64,000 bases of DNA from an uncultured Dehalococcoidales bacterium (lineage in GTDB: Bacteria; Chloroflexota; Dehalococcoidia; GIF9; UBA5629): positions 64,282 through 128,281 of the forward strand of contig CAZQRP010000007.1 in assembly GCA_964596125.1 (NCBI GenBank), written 5' to 3'. Of this stretch, positions 57,482 through 64,000 are shown piece after piece. The notes under the pieces are model-generated. The model saw nothing but the letters and a program-made list of their open reading frames with translations. It searched no databases and was not told the DNA's origin. Within the stretch, counting starts at the first letter, position 1. The number at the start of each line of letters is the position of its first letter. Made by a program: the position numbers and the translations under genes.

Positions 57482-58096
57482 ATGATAGTTGTTGGCCTGA
57501 CCGGCAACTTTGGTACCGGTAAAACTACAGTTTGTGAAATCATGGCTGAGCTTGGTGCTACTACAATTGATGCAGATAAACTCGGTCATGAACTCCTCAA
57601 GTCCCACAGTCAAACATATGATGAACTGATCAACGCTTTTGGCACTGGCATCTTAAGCGATGGTGGTGAGATAGACCGTCAAAAGCTGGGTAAAATAGCA
57701 TTTAACAACAGCACGGCTCAAAAGCGGTTGAACCAGATAATGCACCCTAAAATATACGGAATGGTGCAGGAGAAAATTGAGCGATATCGAAAAAGAGGCG
57801 ATAAAGTCGTTGTCCTGGAGGCTGCGTTGCTTATTGAAGCCGGCTGGACAATGCTGGTTGACCAGGTTTGGGTTACTGTGGCTCCAAAGGCAGCAATAAT
57901 TAGCAGGCTAAAAAATCAAAGAGGTCTCGACGATGGACAGATAGTAGCTCGACTCGATAAACAGATGCCATCAGAGGAAAAGATTAAACGAGCTGATGTA
58001 GTGATCGATACCGATTGCAGCCTTGAAGAGCTGAACGCTAAGGTGACCGAGCTGTGGCGTCAACTTCAATCTGGCACAATTAAGAGCAGTAAATAA
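57482..58096 (+). CDS. coaE: dephospho-CoA kinase
   Basis: VGLTGNFGTGKTTV P-loop, 204 aa, typical CoaE layout. Confidence 0.9.
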   Translation: MIVVGLTGNFGTGKTTVCEIMAELGATTIDADKLGHELLKSHSQTYDELINAFGTGILSDGGEIDRQKLGKIAFNNSTAQKRLNQIMHPKIYGMVQEKIERYRKRGDKVVVLEAALLIEAGWTMLVDQVWVTVAPKAAIISRLKNQRGLDDGQIVARLDKQMPSEEKIKRADVVIDTDCSLEELNAKVTELWRQLQSGTIKSSK

Positions 58097-58170
58097 CGGC
58101 CTGGAATTCCCGATAGGGAACCGTAGTACAAGGTCTCTATAAAGTATAGATTGTACTGATTATATAGTAT

Positions 58171-58855
58171 ATGCGTGGCGCTTTTAATAGCTGGAGAATG
58201 CATGTGCCAGCTCCTTTCACCTATTACCTCAACATGCCGATGAAAGTGCAGGTCCGGGCATCGACACCATATCTGCTTGGTGAACTTGAAGTCTTTAAGA
58301 AGGCAATTGAAGACTGGATTGGTAAAATCTTAACGGATACCGACCTTGATGGGGGATCTATATAGTAAACAACAACAGGCGCTTAATGAAGCAGGTCTAT
58401 CAATTCAGGAAAAAAGATAATCCTGCTTTAGCCGGCTTAGAGGCCGTGACCATGGTTGTATCCGGCCAGATAAGCGACAAAAAAGAGCATAACAAACTCC
58501 TTGAGGATATTCTTAAACAGTTACCTGATCGAAAGCTGGGTAGAGAAACCGGCGTGAGACTGATGACCATTTTAGCAGTGAAAATGATGATATTCCTTTC
58601 CTGGAAATGGTAGAGAGTTTAAACGCTCCCGTGGTCATTGAAGAACATCGCACTGGAAGTCGATACTTCTGGAATGAGGTCCACCTGAAGAATGATAGGC
58701 TTAGTGCAATCGCTGCTCGCTATGTCGAAAGAATCCCATGCCCGTCTAAAGACTGGGAAGAGCGGGACATAGTTCCATTCATTCTGCAGCATGCGCGGCA
58801 AGTAGACACAATGCATCGTAATAATGTAAAATGCCTAAATATTTCTCTAAATTAA
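58171..58855 (+). pseudogene. frameshifted, truncated remnant of a BcrC/HgdB-family (2-hydroxyacyl-CoA dehydratase / benzoyl-CoA reductase) gene
   Basis: Three consecutive ORF fragments in different frames align in order with residues ~110-330 of the intact gene at 60348-61520. Examples: GVRLM..., SRYFWNEV vs ARYFWFEV, and RIPCPSKD, which is identical. Confidence 0.75.
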
Positions 58856-59021
58856 TATTGTTGGGAATCCGTTACGAAAGTCTATCGATACCTTGTTTTC
58901 ACCTTATGAAATGATCAAAACGATTGAGTGGGACTCTGGACAACACAGTCAAGCTATGGAGTAAGCTTTTCACCCAATGAATTAACACACTCAGTTAGAC
59001 TTCCGATTAAAGAAGAAGTGG

Positions 59022-60344
59022 ATGTCAAACATGTATCAGTTAAGAATTTGGAATGCATTCAAAGACTATCAAAATGCTTGTTACTTGAATTATCTGAATG
59101 CTTCTGAAGGACTTCGCTGCATGGGCTCTACGTGGAGTGTGTTGGCTCCCCTTAAAGGATTAGGTGAGGATGTATACATAATAGGTGGCGAGCCACACGC
59201 TGCGTCAACGGCGGGGACATTCCCTGAAGAGAGCCTTGAGGATATTTCAGCTGCTGAAAGCGCAGGGTTAGGCTTTCACTCGTGTAGTTACCTGAAACTG
59301 TTCGTAGGGGAAGTGGTCCGCGATAAAATAGCTATTCCAGATGGAACGATCAAGGAGGGATATCCCAAACCGGATTTGATCTGGACTACACACTTGTGCA
59401 GCCAACATTCAAAATGGTACCAGGAAGTTTCAAGGCGTCTAGGTGGCCTACCAATGTACGCAATGGATATGATCGGGGGGGGGAATGCGGAGAAAGATAC
59501 TAAAATTGTAAACTATGTGAGCGACCAGATAGAGGAGGGAATACGTTGGCTCGAGAGAGTAACGGGCAGGGGGTATTCGGATGAGTTGTTCATTAAGGCA
59601 GCTAGAAACGAGATAAAGTGCCTGGTTCTATGGGGCAATATATGTGCACTAAACAGACATGCACCAGCGCCGCTGGATGAGCGTCGACTTATAGCTCTCT
59701 TCCCACCAGCCATGGTGGACAGGACAACCGATCAAAATGTGCGGATATATGAGGCGTTGTTTGAAGAGGTGAAATACATGGTTGAGACCGGACAAAGTGT
59801 GGCTCCGGATCAACGCTACAGAATAGTCTATTTTGGAATCGCACATACGTATGGCCATCCAGAAATGGCAAGAATCCTTAGGGACGCCGGAGCCGAGATT
59901 GTGGCCTCAGTCTATACGTTTGGCACGGCCGGCAATTTCAAGGGAATTGTAAATGGAAAGTGGTCATGGGATCCCCTGGACCCTGCATGGGTAGACGAAC
60001 TGGATCTGTCCACCAGAAGAAAGGCCATAACTGAGCTCGTAAAAATAGTTCTGGGTTGGCCTACCTGGCAAGGGGTAAGGTCCTACTGGGCACTAGAATC
60101 AATGGCCCGGGCAATGATAACAGAATATAAAGCAGACGGGCTTTTGTTAGCGCCCAGCCGTAGTTGTGAAACCGACTTCAGAAACGGTTACGTAGGGATG
60201 CAGCGCATCTTTAAAAGCGAAATTCCGACTATAGAATACGATAGCGACCAGGTGGATGTCCGGAAAATGGATCTACCAGGTGCCCAACGGAAAACAGAGC
60301 TGTTCGTGCATCTCATGGAAGCACATAAGCGAAGGAGTGCCTGA
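59022..60344 (+). CDS. benzoyl-CoA reductase / 2-hydroxyacyl-CoA dehydratase family, catalytic subunit (BcrB/BzdO-like)
   Basis: 440 aa, first of two adjacent HgdA/HgdB-family genes followed by two BcrAD/BadFG ATPases. Family recognised from overall pattern and context. Confidence 0.7.
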   Translation: MSNMYQLRIWNAFKDYQNACYLNYLNASEGLRCMGSTWSVLAPLKGLGEDVYIIGGEPHAASTAGTFPEESLEDISAAESAGLGFHSCSYLKLFVGEVVRDKIAIPDGTIKEGYPKPDLIWTTHLCSQHSKWYQEVSRRLGGLPMYAMDMIGGGNAEKDTKIVNYVSDQIEEGIRWLERVTGRGYSDELFIKAARNEIKCLVLWGNICALNRHAPAPLDERRLIALFPPAMVDRTTDQNVRIYEALFEEVKYMVETGQSVAPDQRYRIVYFGIAHTYGHPEMARILRDAGAEIVASVYTFGTAGNFKGIVNGKWSWDPLDPAWVDELDLSTRRKAITELVKIVLGWPTWQGVRSYWALESMARAMITEYKADGLLLAPSRSCETDFRNGYVGMQRIFKSEIPTIEYDSDQVDVRKMDLPGAQRKTELFVHLMEAHKRRSA

Positions 60345-60347
60345 TAC

Positions 60348-61520
60348 ATGACGAAGAAGGGCTCTGACCCAATAATCGAACGTTTTCGCTTCATCACCGA
60401 GAATCCACATGAATACGCCAAATCCCTTCAATCGAAAGGGCAGCTGGTAGCTGGATACATGTGTACTCATGTCCCCGAGGAAATCCTCTATGCAGCCGGA
60501 ATTGTACCGGTGAGAATTCTTACCCCCCATGTTTCACAAGCAATGACAAGGAGCTATATGCATGAAACATACTGCTCATTTTCACATGATTGCGCATACC
60601 AGGGACTGACGCACAAATATGATTTCTTAGACCTGATCGTGACGAGTAGCAGTTGCATACATATGGGTGAAGCGTTTAATGTTTGGGTTAGGTTTGCAGG
60701 ATTCCAGGAAAAAAGCTTTCTCATACCGTACCCTCATATCATAGAAACTAAACCTGCTGCTGCGTTCATGGTGGAGTCTTTTAGAGAGTTTAAACAATTC
60801 CTTGGGAAGTTTGTGAAAAAATCCATAAAGGATGAAGACATCGAGAGTGCGATTAAAGTTTATAATCACACTAGAAGACTTCTTAAACGACTTTGGGAGT
60901 TCCTTAAGAGCGAAAATCCACCTATAACTGGATCGGAAGTTGCGACTGTGACGTTGGCTTCCCAGTTTATGGACAAGCAAGAATGCAACCAACTTCTAGA
61001 GCAACTTGTTCAGAGATTAGAAGCTGATCCTGGCAAAGGGCCATCAGGAGTGAGGCTGATGGTATCCGGAGGTGCTTGTGACGACCTGGAAATTTTCGAT
61101 TTGATAGAACATCTGGATTACAGCGCAGGCCTGATTTTTATTGATTCGTGTACTGCAGCCCGATACTTCTGGTTCGAGGTACCTGAGGGGAGACCCGATA
61201 AGCTTAAAGCGCTTGCTGAGGGATACCTTAGTAGAATTCCGTGTCCTTCAAAAGACAACGTTCCCGGTACCGGAGAGAAAAAAAGGTTCAGGTTCATTCA
61301 GCAGTTCATCGAAGAGTTTAAGCCTGATGGAGTAGTATTACTCTATCAGAGATTTTGCAGCCCTCAACCGATGGACGTTGTGGCACTGAAGCCTATCCTT
61401 GATAAGTTGGGGATTCCATCGATTGATCTTGAACTTGATACAACCATACCAGTAACTCAATTCCGGACACAGTTGGAAGCCCTTGTAGAAATAATAAAGC
61501 CGGTGGTGCTACTTGAATAA
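60348..61520 (+). CDS. benzoyl-CoA reductase / 2-hydroxyacyl-CoA dehydratase family, catalytic subunit (BcrC/BzdN-like)
   Basis: 390 aa with the conserved YMCTHVPEEILYAAG N-terminal block and RIPCPSKD, typical of this family. Confidence 0.75.
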   Translation: MTKKGSDPIIERFRFITENPHEYAKSLQSKGQLVAGYMCTHVPEEILYAAGIVPVRILTPHVSQAMTRSYMHETYCSFSHDCAYQGLTHKYDFLDLIVTSSSCIHMGEAFNVWVRFAGFQEKSFLIPYPHIIETKPAAAFMVESFREFKQFLGKFVKKSIKDEDIESAIKVYNHTRRLLKRLWEFLKSENPPITGSEVATVTLASQFMDKQECNQLLEQLVQRLEADPGKGPSGVRLMVSGGACDDLEIFDLIEHLDYSAGLIFIDSCTAARYFWFEVPEGRPDKLKALAEGYLSRIPCPSKDNVPGTGEKKRFRFIQQFIEEFKPDGVVLLYQRFCSPQPMDVVALKPILDKLGIPSIDLELDTTIPVTQFRTQLEALVEIIKPVVLLE

Positions 61521-62304
61521 CGGAAAAATCCTGGCTGGCCTGGATGTAGGTCACATTGCCACGAAAGTCATAATAATGAGGGGACAGGAAATCCTCGGGT
61601 ATGCCACAGTACCCACAGGATTTGATGTAGCCGGTGCGGCTCAAACGGCACTCAATCATGCTCTAGAGACTGTCGGAGTCTCACACGGTGAACTCGCCGG
61701 AGTCGTCGCTACCGGAATTTTTAAAGATATAATTAAAGTACCGCCGCTGAGCGTAAATAAAACTGTACCCGAATATGTGGCGGATGCGAAAGGGGCTTTG
61801 CTCCTTAACAAGAATTCCAGAACGGTGATCGACATCGGTGGGAATATACATAAAGCTGTCCTTTATGACCAGTACGGGAATCTCCTCAACGCAATTCAAA
61901 ATGATAAATGTGCTGATGGTCTCGGCATTTTTTACTCGACCATAGCCAAAGCCGTCGGAGCGAGTGAGCAGGAACTGTCCGAACTAGCACTCACATCTAC
62001 CAAGCATGTATCTGTTGCCATTCACTGCGCCGCATCCGCTGAATCAGAAGCCATTGATTTGATGTGCCAGGGGGTGGCCATCGAAGATGTGGCAGATGCT
62101 ATCACGAGATTCATCGTTGAACGCGTTGCTGCCATGTGCACATCTATGCCCCTCGCAAAAGAGATCGTGGCCGCTGGAAGTCTGGCTAAATCTAAAGCAC
62201 TTATCAGGCATCTTTCGAGTTTACTAAAACAAGAGGTAAGTGCTTTAGACAAGCCGGAATACGTTGGCGCCATAGGCGCTATAGTGACATATCATGAAAG
62301 CTGA
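61513..62304 (+). CDS. BcrAD/BadFG-family ATPase (electron-activating subunit, BcrD/HgdC-like)
   Basis: ASKHA fold start GLDVGHIATKVII, with cluster-ligand contexts NDKCADGLG and HCAASAESEAIDL. 263 aa. Confidence 0.8.
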   Translation: MNNGKILAGLDVGHIATKVIIMRGQEILGYATVPTGFDVAGAAQTALNHALETVGVSHGELAGVVATGIFKDIIKVPPLSVNKTVPEYVADAKGALLLNKNSRTVIDIGGNIHKAVLYDQYGNLLNAIQNDKCADGLGIFYSTIAKAVGASEQELSELALTSTKHVSVAIHCAASAESEAIDLMCQGVAIEDVADAITRFIVERVAAMCTSMPLAKEIVAAGSLAKSKALIRHLSSLLKQEVSALDKPEYVGAIGAIVTYHES

Positions 62305-62313
62305 TTATTTAAA

Positions 62314-63159
62314 ATGACCGAGTACTTTTCAGTGAACAAACAACTAGATAAAGGGAGAGCTAAGGTGATAGTGGCAGGAATAGATATCGGGGCAGTGAGC
62401 TCAAAAGCTGTGATACTCCTGGATAGGCAACAGTATGCAACTTCTCAGGTTAGAACTCGAATGCCCAAAGAATCTGCTTCCAGGGCTATAAATGCGGCTT
62501 TAGCTAAAACCCATTTCAAGTTAGACGATATCCATTACATTGTGGCGACCGGTTGCGGGAGAGTACAAGTACCATTCGCACATAAAACTATAACTGAAGT
62601 TGCGTGCAGCGCCGCCGGCGCAGTACACATGTGGGGTCCATCTGTGCGGACGGTGCTCGATGCTGGAGGCCAAAGCTGCAAAGTAATTCACTGCACCGAA
62701 AACGGTAGAGCAACAGATTTCCTTTGGAACGACAAATGTGCTGCAGGTATCGGACGCTCACTGGAAGCATTTGCTGATCTGGTTAAGAAAGAAGTAACTG
62801 AGATCGGTAACATTGCCCTCCAATCTGTTCAATTCACAAAGTTAAGTGACTTTTGCACGGTGTATGCGCAATCCGAAGCTCTGGATTTAATTCGAAGCAA
62901 CGTACCGTTTGAAGAATTAATAGCAGGTTACCACCGTGCTATGGCTAAGAGAATCAGCACACTAGTAGCCAGAGCCGGTATGAAAAAGGATTTCGTCATC
63001 ATTGGAGGACTGGCTAAGAATCCCGGAATAGTCTATTGGTTAGATAAATTTTTGAAGGTAAGCAGTTCACCTTCTAAACCTGGATGGGACCATACGTTAA
63101 CAGTGGCTCTGGGCGCAGCTCTCTTTGCGGATGCCTTCTACAGGCGCGCAACAATATAA
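62314..63159 (+). CDS. BcrAD/BadFG-family ATPase (second, non-identical electron-activating subunit, BcrA/BzdQ-like)
   Basis: GIDIGAVSSKAVIL, NDKCAAGIGRSLE, and FCTVYAQSEALDL. 281 aa. Confidence 0.8.
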   Translation: MTEYFSVNKQLDKGRAKVIVAGIDIGAVSSKAVILLDRQQYATSQVRTRMPKESASRAINAALAKTHFKLDDIHYIVATGCGRVQVPFAHKTITEVACSAAGAVHMWGPSVRTVLDAGGQSCKVIHCTENGRATDFLWNDKCAAGIGRSLEAFADLVKKEVTEIGNIALQSVQFTKLSDFCTVYAQSEALDLIRSNVPFEELIAGYHRAMAKRISTLVARAGMKKDFVIIGGLAKNPGIVYWLDKFLKVSSSPSKPGWDHTLTVALGAALFADAFYRRATI

Positions 63160-63245
63160 TGGTAATCTCCCGGTGTGAACAACCACCATCATTAAGCCAC
63201 TCGCCGCAACATACTCTGACCCACCCGGTGGTGTCGTTCAATTAA

Positions 63246-63808
63246 GTGAAGGGCAGGGTCTCTAGAGGCATTGCTACTGTTGGGAATGAGACATTCAGAT
63301 ACATGACAGATGCCGAACCTACATAGTCATTCCTTAATCTTTGGAGATATATAGAAAAGTTTGGAGGCGTTTCTATCGGGTCAATATATTCGCATAGCCT
63401 CATTGGTATATGGGATGACCAGGATGATTGGAGCTTGGGTTCAAGGAAGACTCCTCAGGAGAAGGGAATTCAACTTAAAAACAGGGACGAGGCTCTACGT
63501 TTTCTTGCCGACTGGCAACTGGCTCTGCCTGATTGACAGAGTTACTACGATGTCCGGCTGAAGAGCGAACATATGATTAGAATAGCTAAAGAGTGGAATT
63601 GCAGTTATGCCATAATGCATTTTAATAGAGGATGTGAAGGAACTAGCATAGGCCTGCCCGAAAACAGGGCAGCACTGGTTAATGCCGGAATACTAACCCT
63701 CACTTTTGAAGCAATATGGCAGCCCCCGGAGAGGTCGATGAGGGTGCAATACTGCGCCAAGTGGACGTTTTTCTGCGTGCCCACGGGCATGCGTCACTGG
63801 AGAATTGA
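63246..63808 (+). pseudogene. decayed C-terminal remnant of a BcrB/HgdA-family gene
   Basis: One frame reads ...FGGVSIGSIYSHSL...IMHFNRGCEGTSIGLPENRAALVNAGILTLTFEA. It is interrupted by in-frame TAG (63324) and TGA (63534) and by a frameshift near 63710. The family-typical NMAAPGEVDEGAILRQVDVFL continues in another frame. Confidence 0.7.
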
Positions 63809-63861
63809 CATCGTTCATCCTAAGCTGGTTATATTAGATTTCATCATGGAGGTTTTCTGCT

Positions 63862-64000
63862 ATGAAGCTTATTAAAACTGATTGTATCTTATGTGTTCAT
63901 GGTTGTGGCATAGATGCCTATGTTGAAGATGGTCGGCTGGTCAAAGTGGAAGGCATGGCAGAACATCCGCTGAATGAGGGAGCCCTCTGTCCCAGGGGCA
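63862..64000 (+). CDS. molybdopterin (Mo/W-bis-MGD) oxidoreductase, N-terminal 4Fe-4S domain (3' end outside the window)
   Basis: ATG 63862 with GGAGG at 63848-63852. The translation MKLIKTDCILCVHGCGIDAYVEDGRLVKVEGMAEHPLNEGALCPRG has the CxxCxxxC...C pattern of this family. Not in the supplied ORF track because it is truncated. Confidence 0.75.
   Translation, partial: MKLIKTDCILCVHGCGIDAYVEDGRLVKVEGMAEHPLNEGALCPRG

Noticed and set aside
33570-63536. The idea that in-frame TGAs (33570, 63534) indicate an alternative genetic code with UGA as sense.
   Set aside because: Many well-supported genes in the window terminate at TGA, several with ATGA start/stop overlaps (for example 1336-1339, 4791-4794, 14701-14704, 52291-52294). 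The standard code fits.
1-64000. A search for tRNA, rRNA and tmRNA genes using T-loop-like GGTTCGAATCC patterns and rRNA-like conserved blocks.
   Set aside because: I found no convincing match on either strand by eye. The closest strings (for example GGATTCGAC at 27454) are part of the phage hairpin repeats.

Overview
The window looks like a chromosomal segment of a moderately AT-rich anaerobic bacterium. Gene content tentatively suggests a Chloroflexota/Dehalococcoidia-like organism, but that is inference only.

Gene content, in order:
- 1-6.1 kb: the end of one cytoplasmic [NiFe]-hydrogenase with its maturation protease, then a second sulfhydrogenase-type (group 3b-like) operon. Its beta and gamma subunits are fused to each other and to an N-terminal receiver domain, and that receiver domain is also duplicated as a free-standing gene.
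- 6.2-9.3 kb: membrane sensor proteins.
- 9.4-22.2 kb: housekeeping genes, including serA, a class-V aminotransferase, ribF, DAHP synthase, chorismate mutase, a CBS protein, DegV, a PlsY-like protein, MeaB and a LuxR-type regulator.
- 22.47-33.02 kb: a sharply GC-richer, all-minus-strand phage structural module running from portal to tail fibre. It has no large terminase, integrase or replication genes. It carries a family of small palindromic hairpins just upstream of ribosome-binding sites and also inside coding regions.
- 33.5-46.7 kb: three paralogous membrane-anchored surface proteins, one of them a 1249-aa BNR/Asp-box S-layer candidate, plus a CARDB-domain protein. These are interleaved with pyrG, a transaldolase-family gene and rho.
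- 46.8-54.8 kb: two diverged tubulin/FtsZ-superfamily paralogues. The second, with degenerate GTP motifs, is translationally packed into an operon with an AMMECR1 / LigB-Memo-like / radical-SAM (AmmeMemoRadiSam) triad, RarA and a hydrolase.
- 48.0-49.7 kb: an orphan TerS-like/TerL terminase pair with host-like composition.
- 57.5-64 kb: coaE, then a four-subunit class-I benzoyl-CoA-reductase-like cluster flanked on both sides by decayed paralogue fragments, then the start of a molybdopterin oxidoreductase.

I found no rRNA, tRNA or CRISPR array. All calls rest on reading the sequence and ORF translations by eye; no searches or computations were run.
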